A stretch of 64,000 bases of DNA from an uncultured Candidatus Saccharibacteria bacterium (GTDB lineage Bacteria; Patescibacteriota; Minisyncoccia; Phycocordibacterales; JACOZG01): positions 229,797 to 293,796 of the forward strand of contig CAZYLF010000001.1 in the NCBI GenBank assembly GCA_964648765.1, written 5' to 3'. How positions within the stretch are numbered: position 1 is the first letter of the stretch; the number at the start of each line of letters is the position of its first letter. A program made the translations under genes and the position numbers. Below the pieces are notes generated by a model. That model had not been told where the DNA came from, searched no databases, and worked only from the letters and a program-made list of their open reading frames with translations. Positions 9,182 to 16,957 of this stretch are shown in pieces.

Positions 9182-9791
9182 TTAACATTTTAATAAACTT
9201 TAAATTAAAGTTAGGTAAAATCCGCTGGCAAAAGTCTTGGGCAAAACTTGGGCCAATGCCGTCGTGCACACCGAAGGCGATTTGGGGTTTGAGTAAAATC
9301 GCGTAATCAATTGCCTGCGAGACCTTCATCCACGGTCCGGCCACGGGGAGAGCGAGTATCTCAACTTCACGATCGGGGTTGGTAAAAGCGTCGCCCGGGT
9401 ACCACAGTCTCCCGTCGATAAAGAATCCGATATTATCTGCCTGCGGCACCGATGAATGCATTTGAGCGTGCTTCTCGCCAATACCAACCACTCGGATTTC
9501 TCCTAGAGTAAAGTTCTGGTTGTGATCGATTTTCTCGTGAGCAATATTTTCTTTAGTTAAAAGCGCGCTCAGGGAATGATTGGTGTAAATTTTTACCTGG
9601 GGATTTTTAGTAAGTAAAATTTTAAGTGACTCAAGATGGTAGTGGTCTTGGTGCTCATGAGTAAATAAAATGTAATCCAAATTTTCAAGTTTGGAGTGAG
9701 CTTCCGCCGTATAAAACCCCGGGTCGGTGAGAATTCTCTTTCCTTTCGTTTCAATCAATAAACAGCAATGTCCAAATTTAGTAATTTTCAT
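9156..9791 (-). CDS. MBL-fold metallo-hydrolase
   Basis: The HEHQDH (HxHxDH) motif is present. The gene overlaps the downstream HIT gene by 26 nt, which suggests an operon. Confidence 0.8.
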   Translation of the reverse strand: MKITKFGHCCLLIETKGKRILTDPGFYTAEAHSKLENLDYILFTHEHQDHYHLESLKILLTKNPQVKIYTNHSLSALLTKENIAHEKIDHNQNFTLGEIRVVGIGEKHAQMHSSVPQADNIGFFIDGRLWYPGDAFTNPDREVEILALPVAGPWMKVSQAIDYAILLKPQIAFGVHDGIGPSFAQDFCQRILPNFNLKFIKMLSGDSHDFK

Positions 9792-9938
9792 GACCCTATT
9801 TTATCATATCTAAATTTTGAAGACTGAGCGTTGCCAAGTTACACAAAACATGATAGTCAGAAGATGGAAATAGACCAGTTGGTGTGCGCTGACTTGGTAA
9901 AATATTGATCATTGTTACTTAACCTAAGGAGTTTGATC

Positions 9939-10631
9939 ATGGCGAAAAAAGCCACAAAGGCTGCGAGAAAGACGTGTTCGGGTTTTAAGGCTGCGGATGT
10001 TAAGCGAACTTGCAAGCGTTTGAGCAGTCTTGGATTCTTCACGGTGGATAAGATTGAGGTCTATCAGGCGTTGGGCTCAGACCAATATCTTAAAGATACG
10101 GATATCTTACTTGGCCGTATGGCTGATTACTTGCTTCCGACAGATGGCTGGGACCTTAAAAGAATCATCTTGGCTGCGCCCAAAAGTAGTGATTTAGTGA
10201 AGCGAGCACAAAAAATGTTGACTAAGCTGGTCAGATCCGAACTGGAGAAGGACAAGAATCTCAGTGAACTCTACATTCTCCGCCAGAAGACAATCTCAGG
10301 TACAAAACTGGAGCAGGCTGTTGAAGAGAGAATTATTGCGATTTACCAGGAACAGATGGCGCGCATCAGGAGTGTTAAGGACGCCTTCTATTTTTGGTTT
10401 GGTCTGCGGGATGTGAACCCCCCAGCGGTTATCAAAACCGAGGCGGCGGAAACCTTTGTTCGCCAAATTCAGAAAGAGGTGGGAAGTGCTGACTTGGTTG
10501 AATGCTCCACTATGCTCAGTTGGGATCTCAGGATGATTGAGAAAGAGATACCGCCGAGTTGTGTGGCGGCACGGGCTACGGTGATTCGGCGTGTGGCTGA
10601 GCTCCTGCGTCCTTCAGAAAAAAAGAAGTAG
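9939..10631 (+). CDS. Hypothetical protein (basic N-terminus)
   Basis: An ATG at 9939 is preceded by AAGGAG at -8. The longer ORF listed in the track starts at TTG 9912. Confidence 0.5.
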   Translation: MAKKATKAARKTCSGFKAADVKRTCKRLSSLGFFTVDKIEVYQALGSDQYLKDTDILLGRMADYLLPTDGWDLKRIILAAPKSSDLVKRAQKMLTKLVRSELEKDKNLSELYILRQKTISGTKLEQAVEERIIAIYQEQMARIRSVKDAFYFWFGLRDVNPPAVIKTEAAETFVRQIQKEVGSADLVECSTMLSWDLRMIEKEIPPSCVAARATVIRRVAELLRPSEKKK

Positions 10632-10717
10632 TTTTGTTTTCAATATAATCGCCTCGAGGGTTTACTGTCGTAAGTTTACGGCGTCAAATCCCGGGGCGGT
10701 TTTTTATCTTGATATTA

Positions 10718-11092
10718 TTATTTAGTGCTTGCTGATTTTTTACTTACACGCTTTGGGGCTTTGGTTGTTGTAAGGTCAGCCTTAATGTTTTTCCAGTGGC
10801 GTTTGAGATCGCTAGCCAAAGACATTACCTCATTTGGGTCTAGAGATTTCAGCATTTTGTATTTGTTCATCACGGTATCAACAACGGCATAATAGCGATC
10901 CTCATTTACTTCCTTCAAATTCTCAAATTTCTCTAAAACTTCACCTTTAGCTTTAAGCATCCAACCCTTTATCACTTTACGATTTTTTGGCGCATCTTTG
11001 CTTCCGTAGAGAAAGTAGGCGGCGGCTAAAGTCACTAAAACTCCTGCGCCCACACCGGCAATTGTTGCATTATTGTTTGTTTCTTTCTTCAT
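10718..11092 (-). CDS. YtxH-like membrane-anchored protein
   Basis: An N-terminal TM helix with a glycine zipper is followed by a coiled-coil and a lysine-rich tail. Confidence 0.45.
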   Translation of the reverse strand: MKKETNNNATIAGVGAGVLVTLAAAYFLYGSKDAPKNRKVIKGWMLKAKGEVLEKFENLKEVNEDRYYAVVDTVMNKYKMLKSLDPNEVMSLASDLKRHWKNIKADLTTTKAPKRVSKKSASTK

Positions 11093-11336
11093 TTTTTATA
11101 TTTTTACGATTAAAAAATTTTTTAAAATTCATACCTTTTTCCTTTAACCATTTGTGAAATTTGCGAATGTCGTTAATTGCCTCTTCACCTTCTTGCCGAA
11201 TGCTGTGAGATAACATTACACCGTGACGTAAAATTCGAATTAGATAAATAAAAGCTATTACAACAACAACGGTGATTATTATCACCGCAATAGTTGATAC
11301 AAAAAAGAAAATATCAGATTTTAGTACTTCTGCCAT
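11070..11336 (-). CDS. Small membrane protein
   Basis: 88 aa with one hydrophobic helix and a basic tail. It overlaps the downstream gene by 23 nt. Confidence 0.4.
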   Translation of the reverse strand: MAEVLKSDIFFFVSTIAVIIITVVVVIAFIYLIRILRHGVMLSHSIRQEGEEAINDIRKFHKWLKEKGMNFKKFFNRKNIKNEERNKQ

Positions 11337-11441
11337 TAACCCACTCTAGCACACAATCTAAGTTGACGTGGGCGAAAAATTAAAGTACTTTCAATTGTAG
11401 TGTAGGTCTTCGAAAGACTTTTTTAACGAAAGGAGGTAATT

Positions 11442-12632
11442 ATGGGTTTTAAGTTCCGTTACCTTGATCCAGTGTATGCCGCGATTTTTAGTCGTCATGC
11501 AGTGCTTAGTGAACAAGAGACAAACACCCTTATTGATGAGTTCAAAAGAGCTAAATCCAAAACTAAAAAAGCAAAGTTAATGAATCTTTTAGTTTTGGGT
11601 CACCAGAGATTAGTCGCCTCCATTGCTTTGCGTTACTCGGGGCGCGGAGTCCCACCTGATGATCTTATTCAAGAGGGCAATTTTGGTTTGATGAGGGCAG
11701 TGGAAAAATTTAACTTCACAGAAGCAAAATTTTCTACTTATGCCAGTCTTTGGATTAGATCGAAGGTCCGTCGTGCTTTGATTAACCAAAACGGTAGCCC
11801 GTGTGGTGTGTCAGTTTACGGTTACTATAAATCACCCAGACCAATCCGTGGTGAGTTGTCAAATTGTAATCTTGTGCAAGATAAATCATCTGCTTTACCT
11901 GAAACAAACACTATCGCTCGTGAAGAGTTGGCAGAATGTACACTGAGGCTGAGTAATTTTTTGGGTCTTGTGGCGATAGTTCCGACTAAAGCCAAGTCAC
12001 TCAAGGCTTTCAGACTTTACTATGGGCTAGGGCAATTTAATCCTAGGGCGCATGAAGATGTTGGTAAGATCATGGGTGTAACTCGTCAGAGAGTAAGTCA
12101 GTGGAATGCTCGCACTTGGCACATGCTCACCGTGATGGGTAACACATACGATGATTTGAGTTTGAAGCGGGAGTTCAAAAAGTTTGAGGAGCTTCAAAGC
12201 CTTCTGGGGGAGTTTAAAAAACCAGGCTTGATCAAACCTAAAAAATTCTCTCGCGCTGAAAAGGCGGGAATTTTAAATCGCCTACTCACACTGAAATGGG
12301 GCAAGTCATCTCAGGGTGAGGTCTGGGTAATTGTGTGTGAAATCGCAGATGCATTTGGTGTTTTGCCCGAGGAAGTATATGGACCCGTGAAGGATACACA
12401 TAATCGATCTAAGTCCTGGGTAAGAAAAATCGCAATGTATCTAGTAAGACTTGACCTCGGTCTTACTTGTGAGCGAGTGGCACATTTACTCAGGCTCGGA
12501 AATCCTGGAAAAGTGTCGTCTGCTTTTAACCACTTAAAATCAGAAGTTGATTTTAAGCCTGATTTGGCAAAAAAGATCGAGGCAATCCGGCGAAAGTATC
12601 TGCCGTTGATTAAGAAAGGAGAAACAACCTAA
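11442..12632 (+). CDS. Sigma-70 family RNA polymerase sigma factor with C-terminal DnaA-domain-IV-like extension
   Basis: The RBS is AAGGAGG. Region 2 (DDLIQEGNFGLMRAVEKF...YASLWIRSKVRRAL) and region 4 (VGKIMGVTRQRVSQWNAR) are both recognisable. An extra ~150-aa tail contains KIAMYLVRLDLGLTCERVAHLL...KVSSAFNHLK, which resembles the DnaA C-terminal HTH. Confidence 0.75.
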   Translation: MGFKFRYLDPVYAAIFSRHAVLSEQETNTLIDEFKRAKSKTKKAKLMNLLVLGHQRLVASIALRYSGRGVPPDDLIQEGNFGLMRAVEKFNFTEAKFSTYASLWIRSKVRRALINQNGSPCGVSVYGYYKSPRPIRGELSNCNLVQDKSSALPETNTIAREELAECTLRLSNFLGLVAIVPTKAKSLKAFRLYYGLGQFNPRAHEDVGKIMGVTRQRVSQWNARTWHMLTVMGNTYDDLSLKREFKKFEELQSLLGEFKKPGLIKPKKFSRAEKAGILNRLLTLKWGKSSQGEVWVIVCEIADAFGVLPEEVYGPVKDTHNRSKSWVRKIAMYLVRLDLGLTCERVAHLLRLGNPGKVSSAFNHLKSEVDFKPDLAKKIEAIRRKYLPLIKKGETT

Positions 12633-12670
12633 ACCACCGACTTACTTGCGTAAGCCGGTGGTCTTTTTAT
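12632..12670 (+). terminator. Intrinsic terminator
   Basis: A 12-bp stem with one mismatch (CCACCGACTTAC/GTAAGCCGGTGG) is followed by TCTTTTT. Confidence 0.6.
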
Positions 12671-12683
12671 ATTTATTTAACTT

Positions 12684-13427
12684 TTACTTTCCGTCGTTTT
12701 TGAATCCAGCGTAAGCCTTCATGATTTCAAGTGGCACGGTGAAGACGATTGTGTTGGAAGCATCTGAAGAAATGTCATTGATGGATTGCAGTGTGCGCAA
12801 GTGGAGGGCTCCAGGCACAGCCGCAAGCATTTGGGCAGCCTCGGCCATATTTTTAGATGCTGCCAATTCTCCCTCAGAATTGATAATCACCGCGCGCTTC
12901 TCGCGTTCGGCCTCGGCTTGTTTGGCGATGGTGCGTTCCATATTTTCAGGTAAAGAAATATCTTTGAGTTCTACGTTGTTAACCTTTAAGCCCCAAGCTT
13001 CAGTCTCTTGGTCAACAATTTCTCTAATCCGATCGGCAATTTTGTCGCGACCAGCCAAAAGTTCATCGAGTGTAACTTCACCCACAATGTTTCGCATTGT
13101 GGTTTGGGCGTATTGCGAGATGGCATAATAAAAATTTTCAACTTCAATGATGGCCTTCTCCGCGGAAGCTACGCGATAATAAATTACGGCGTTCACGGTT
13201 ACAGAAACGTTATCACGCGTGATGGCGCGTTGGTCAGGCACGTCCACAGCCTTCACCCGCATGTCTACTTTGTGATAACTTTGGAAGACGGGAATTACTA
13301 AACGCCAACCAGGATTCATGATCCCGCTGTAGCGACCCATCGTAAACTTTACTCCGCGCTGATATTGATTAACTTGTCTTAAACTAATAAAAATTACAAA
13401 AACAATCGCGAAAATTAAATAAAACAT
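12684..13427 (-). CDS. SPFH/band-7 (stomatin/prohibitin-like) protein
   Basis: An N-terminal TM is followed by an SPFH core (YQRGVKFTMGRY...RDNVSVTVNAVIYYRV) and an EAE-rich coiled coil. Confidence 0.85.
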   Translation of the reverse strand: MFYLIFAIVFVIFISLRQVNQYQRGVKFTMGRYSGIMNPGWRLVIPVFQSYHKVDMRVKAVDVPDQRAITRDNVSVTVNAVIYYRVASAEKAIIEVENFYYAISQYAQTTMRNIVGEVTLDELLAGRDKIADRIREIVDQETEAWGLKVNNVELKDISLPENMERTIAKQAEAEREKRAVIINSEGELAASKNMAEAAQMLAAVPGALHLRTLQSINDISSDASNTIVFTVPLEIMKAYAGFKNDGK

Positions 13428-13462
13428 ATTCTGATATTAGCTTAAGTCGACGATATTTTCAA

Positions 13463-13494
13463 TAAAAAAAATGACCGAGCGCGCGGCTCGGTCG
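13463..13494 (-). terminator. Intrinsic terminator (module AAAAAAATGACCGAGC...GCTCGGTC), copy 1
   Basis: Stem GACCGAGC/GCTCGGTC with loop GCGCG is followed by a T-run on the minus strand. Confidence 0.6.
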
Positions 13495-13504
13495 GGGTGT
13501 TTTG

Positions 13505-13945
13505 CTAAATTAACTTACGCAACGCTTTTGTTGTTGATCTTACGGCTTTACGGAAACAGGGTTCACTGAAGCGGCACTGTGAGCAACCCGACACATCAGA
13601 AGCCTTTTTGTTTTTATATAGCCACGCACCAGGTGACCAGTGTCGATTTTCGTTGTAAACGAGTATCGGACCGCCCAGGATACTTACCGGGTACACATCC
13701 ACAATATTGTTGCTTTTGAGGAGCAGCCAAGAGTGATTGCAATTTGGGTAAAAGAAGCCATCTTTGACTTGGAGGTCAAACACTTTCCCCGTGGCCCTAG
13801 CCAAAATGTGACAAGACATGATTATCTTATTTCCGTTAGGATAATCTCCAAGTTCAAGATCGGGGAGTGCCTCAACCGCAGCGCGTATGCGTTTAAAAAT
13901 TTCAATATCAGCCTCCGGAATTCGTGACTGTATCCATGGTGTCAT
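13505..13945 (-). CDS. Hypothetical protein, small paralogous family (GGP[IP][LI][YV] motif) member 1
   Basis: The RBS is AGGAGGTG. The segment HSWLLLKSNNIVDVYPVSILGGPILV aligns with HTFLQLDNNLIVDITADQYGGPPIYV of the 14517-14876 gene. Confidence 0.5.
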   Translation of the reverse strand: MTPWIQSRIPEADIEIFKRIRAAVEALPDLELGDYPNGNKIIMSCHILARATGKVFDLQVKDGFFYPNCNHSWLLLKSNNIVDVYPVSILGGPILVYNENRHWSPGAWLYKNKKASDVSGCSQCRFSEPCFRKAVRSTTKALRKLI

Positions 13946-14007
13946 TCCACACCTCCTTTCTAAAATTTAAACTACTCCTTCTTAGAAAAATGTAAAGGAT
14001 TTAGTGA

Positions 14008-14040
14008 TAAAAAAATGACCGAGCTGCGCTAGCTCGGTCG
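14008..14040 (-). terminator. Intrinsic terminator, copy 2 of the TGACCGAGC module
   Basis: Stem GACCGAGCT/AGCTCGGTC is followed by a T-run. It shares the AAAAAAATGACCGAGC...GCTCGGTCG flanks with copy 1. Confidence 0.6.
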
Positions 14041-14194
14041 AGAGTTACTTCTTTTTCGGTTTTGGTTTAATTCTCCGTCTTATTGACCTGGTTTTTTTCT
14101 TGAGTGGTTTTCGTAAGCAGAGGGGATTATTTTCCTCATTCCATTTTCTCTGCCATATTTCCATGATCTGAGTTACTGTAAGCATCAGTGTCTC

Positions 14195-14461
14195 CTAAAA
14201 AATACCCTTTAATTTGTTATGGTGAAAGACTTGGCGTCCATCCCAAACCCCACAACCCACAGCCGCTGTCTCACAAAAACGATCTTCACCACTTGTGGGG
14301 TCTAGATGATATCCAGCATGCACCAAACCTCCTCGGCTTGGCTCGGCAACATACTGGCCAATAAATATCGGTCCACCGCATATGATACATTTTTCTCGCC
14401 GATACCAAGGAGTGGATTTACAGAGTTTTCGCGCCCGCCATTTTCTTACCCATTTAAACAT
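14195..14461 (-). CDS. Small Cys-rich hypothetical protein (possible zinc ribbon)
   Basis: The start is ATG 14461 with AGGAGG 8 nt upstream, not the longer 14593 start in the track. The protein reads MFKWVRKWRARK...CIICGGP...CETAAVGCG. Confidence 0.5.
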   Translation of the reverse strand: MFKWVRKWRARKLCKSTPWYRREKCIICGGPIFIGQYVAEPSRGGLVHAGYHLDPTSGEDRFCETAAVGCGVWDGRQVFHHNKLKGIF

Positions 14462-14472
14462 TACTATCCTCC

Positions 14473-14521
14473 TAAAAAGTGCCTCAACTTTTATCATATC
14501 CCACCCTTTATAATTTTCAAT
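14473..14521 (-). promoter_or_regulatory. Promoter/5'UTR module copy 1 (TTGAAA-N16-TATGAT then conserved leader and RBS)
   Basis: Read on the minus strand it gives TTGAAAATTATAAAGGGTGGGATATGATAAAAGTTGAGGCACTTTTTAGGAGG-ATG. An approximately 49-bp direct repeat recurs at 14895-14943. Confidence 0.5.
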
Positions 14522-14876
14522 ATTTTCGATAGGGCGGGGTGATTGGTCCAACGTAGATTGGAGGACCGCCATATTGGTCGGCCGTGATATCAACTATTAG
14601 ATTGTTATCAAGTTGCAAGAAGGTGTGCGACTCATCAGCGTATTTACCTTTGATTATTTCTCCTTTTTTGAATAGGTGTTTAAGATAAACCGAGGCTAAT
14701 CCGCAATTTAGATTTGGGAACATCTTTTGTGCTCTAGTGACAAACTCTCGCGGATTTTTCAGCCGGTTATAACTTTGGTATAAATCGATCAATAACTTGG
14801 TATCGAGCGCTCCATTCTCAAAATCCTGTCGAGTTTTCGTCGCAATCAATCTTACCTCATTTATTTGTTTGGACAT
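14517..14876 (-). CDS. Hypothetical protein, small paralogous family member 2
   Basis: An internal ATG at 14876 follows AAGGTGG. The longer ORF start at 14909 lies inside the repeated leader. It is a paralogue of the 13505-13945 gene. Confidence 0.5.
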   Translation of the reverse strand: MSKQINEVRLIATKTRQDFENGALDTKLLIDLYQSYNRLKNPREFVTRAQKMFPNLNCGLASVYLKHLFKKGEIIKGKYADESHTFLQLDNNLIVDITADQYGGPPIYVGPITPPYRKY

Positions 14877-14894
14877 ATACCACCTTACTTTCTG

Positions 14895-14943
14895 TAAAAA
14901 GTGCCTCAACTTTTATCGTATCTCACCCTTTATAATTTTCAAT
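14895..14943 (-). promoter_or_regulatory. Promoter/5'UTR module copy 2
   Basis: Read on the minus strand it gives TTGAAAATTATAAAGGGTGAGATACGATAAAAGTTGAGGCACTTTTTA. It differs from copy 1 at 3 positions. Confidence 0.5.
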
Positions 14944-14982
14944 GATTTAACGCGTCAAAGTTTCTTTTCAGCACTTTTTGAT

Positions 14983-15240
14983 TTAATTACCCCTCGCTAC
15001 GCTCAGAGTGACAATACAATTTTCCACTGCATCTTCTTTGGAGGGGAAGTACTCCTCAAAAGTCTCTGCCCTCCAGTGCCAAGATTTAGTTGTAGGACTA
15101 TACGTACTCCAACTTAGGCACTTTAGTTCTTGGTCGTAGGCATCACTGCCCAAGGGTTGGACTTTCTGAGACTTGCGCCAAAAATAGCCTGTTGTACTCA
15201 GCAAAATGATAACTAAAATTATCAAAATCTTATTTAGCAT
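14983..15240 (-). CDS. Small secreted/membrane-anchored hypothetical protein
   Basis: 85 aa with an N-terminal hydrophobic helix (ILIILVIILLSTTGYF). Confidence 0.4.
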   Translation of the reverse strand: MLNKILIILVIILLSTTGYFWRKSQKVQPLGSDAYDQELKCLSWSTYSPTTKSWHWRAETFEEYFPSKEDAVENCIVTLSVARGN

Positions 15241-15379
15241 GAAATGATATTACCACAGGAATGATCCGATAAAAATACTAGGGCTCTTGAGAGTAATCTG
15301 ATCCTAGTCCTATTACCCTGTTAGGTTTTTATGTGGTTTAACAAAAAAGTTACGTTTTGAATATATTAATTTAGTAGAA

Positions 15380-15736
15380 TCATTTACTGTATAACAGGTA
15401 TGCATGTTTTATAAGTATGTTGTTTATTTGAGCATTTTGTAGTTCCATACTTCCGTGTTCAATAGAGAAAGTACTTTTTATGTTTTTGATAAAGTCATCT
15501 TTGGAATCCAGTAAAACAATTCTGGATAGGTCTCTAAGTTCGTTAGGATTTAGATTTTTTCTGAAGACATTAGCTATCTGGGATAAATCTTCTTGTGTGT
15601 CCAAATTAGAACCACCGATCACAACATCCCACAATGCGTTATCATCTCTTTTAACAATAATAAAAGTAGAAATATCCTTAGTGTTTCTAATTTCACTTAA
15701 GGAAGAACTGAGTTTGTTGATTATTTCTTTTTCCAT
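15380..15736 (-). CDS. Hypothetical protein, downstream partner of HEPN-like gene
   Basis: A 118-aa ORF begins 5 nt after the HEPN-like gene ends. It carries no MNT GSxxRG motif. Confidence 0.45.
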   Translation of the reverse strand: MEKEIINKLSSSLSEIRNTKDISTFIIVKRDDNALWDVVIGGSNLDTQEDLSQIANVFRKNLNPNELRDLSRIVLLDSKDDFIKNIKSTFSIEHGSMELQNAQINNILIKHAYLLYSK

Positions 15737-15740
15737 TTAA

Positions 15741-16157
15741 TTATATTTCTTTCCACAAATACCTCGCTATCCGCTGAGCTGATTTGACCGCCCCACTGGC
15801 TTGGCTGAGCATCATTTTACCCTTAATCGGAGCGTAACGCATTTCAGGATTCCACTGCAACAATATACTCCAGTCAGCTAGATAAGTGCTTTTTATCTTA
15901 TTGCCAATATGCGGCGGAACTTGTTTTAAAAGTTCTTCAAGATTATGAGTCTTTATCCTGGCCACAGCGTTAAACTCTTCATTAGTGTGAGGAATGCCAG
16001 ACAGGCAAATATTTTTACAAATTATTGCCTTTAAAGCTATTTCAATTGCGTATCCGGAGATATACAAAGACCCCTCATACGATTTGTTCTTGAGTAGAAT
16101 TTTTGAGTCTTTGATGCGAGCCCTGGATATTTTATCTAACTCTTGAGTGGATATCAT
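15741..16157 (-). CDS. HEPN-like domain protein
   Basis: 138 aa, all alpha-helical. SYEGSLYISGYAIEIALKAIICK matches the HEPN helix-1/2 pattern, and ARIKTHNLEEL gives an R-x3-HN motif, which is imperfect against Rx4-6H. Confidence 0.45.
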   Translation of the reverse strand: MISTQELDKISRARIKDSKILLKNKSYEGSLYISGYAIEIALKAIICKNICLSGIPHTNEEFNAVARIKTHNLEELLKQVPPHIGNKIKSTYLADWSILLQWNPEMRYAPIKGKMMLSQASGAVKSAQRIARYLWKEI

Positions 16158-16177
16158 GGATTCATTAACTCTCTTGC

Positions 16178-16615
16178 TTAGCGAACCCGTCTTACTTGTA
16201 CAGTTTCGCTCATACCATCTACACTTAGCTCTGTACCATTAATACCGTCAATAACCGTCGCTTCTGGTCTATAGGCGTAATGGTAACTGTATTTGTATTC
16301 AGACTGTTCCCAGATGGTACCATTTTGAAATTCAAATTTTGCATCTTGAAAAAAACCTTTGAAATCAGAGACAATGGGGCCACTCTGAAGCTTGCTTACA
16401 CGGATTACTTCAATAGGTGGGCAACCACTAATCTGGACCTCCAATACCCATTTTCCCGCAGATTTATAAATGCGCACATATGGACGATATGCATATTTGT
16501 ACATGTATTTATAACGCCTTTGCTGCCACACCTGCCCATTGGTCAAATTAAAAACAGCCCCACCGTTAAAACCAGTGAATGCCCCAGAAATCTGACTATT
16601 AATTTCTTGGTCCAT
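16178..16615 (-). CDS. Hypothetical protein with two tandem ~60-aa repeats (F.F.NG.[VI]W.Q..YKY.Y.YAYRP)
   Basis: The internal duplication is visible directly in the translation. Confidence 0.5.
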   Translation of the reverse strand: MDQEINSQISGAFTGFNGGAVFNLTNGQVWQQRRYKYMYKYAYRPYVRIYKSAGKWVLEVQISGCPPIEVIRVSKLQSGPIVSDFKGFFQDAKFEFQNGTIWEQSEYKYSYHYAYRPEATVIDGINGTELSVDGMSETVQVRRVR

Positions 16616-16639
16616 TTTTATAGATTATATCAAAATATT

Positions 16640-16930
16640 AAGTAATAAATGGCCCGCACAAAGCAAGGATATCTTTGTAAAGTTTTTCGAGTGTGACATG
16701 GCTTAACTGCCGGCCAGGACTCTCCCGCGCCTCTTGTCTCGCCGCCGCTCGACTCGGGCTGGGCACCGCCTCGCGAATTTATTTGCTAATAAATTAACGC
16801 TCCGGCGTCCTCGTCCCTGGCGCGAGTGAAGCAGTTCACTCGCTGCCGGCAGTTATCCGCTACGCTCCTAACTGGGGCTCTTGTCTGACGTTAGAACCCT
16901 TTTACTACAAGGTGAGAGCGAGTTTTATTA
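16640..16930. ncRNA. GC-rich, ORF-free, highly structured region; candidate structured RNA of unknown class
   Basis: GC content is well above the ~40% background. A perfect 9-bp hairpin GCGAGTGAA/TTCACTCGC sits at 16821-16842. An AT hairpin AATTTATT/AATAAATT is also present. CTTAACTGCCGGCC (16698-16711) pairs with GCTGCCGGCAGTTA (16844-16857) over long range. No ORF of 60 aa or more is present. Confidence 0.4.
16703..16720. repeat. Direct repeat of the tRNA-Gln 3' end (CTGCCGGCCAGG-ACTC); candidate att site
   Basis: A 12-nt exact match plus ACTC to the plus-strand sequence 26113-26131 (CTGCCGGCCAGGGACTC), which forms the 3' acceptor/T-arm of tRNA-Gln. Confidence 0.45.
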
Positions 16931-16957
16931 TCGTTGCCCAGCATTTGCTATGCAGAG

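Noticed and set aside
10632-10717. Possible terminator after the 9939-10631 gene (CCCGGGGCGGTTTTTT)
   Set aside because: No convincing stem-loop can be drawn because CCCGGG is self-complementary without a loop, so only a T-run is present.
12721-13301. Plus-strand ORFs antisense to the SPFH gene
   Set aside because: The SPFH protein has clear family motifs, and the antisense ORFs are Ser/Ala-rich shadows.
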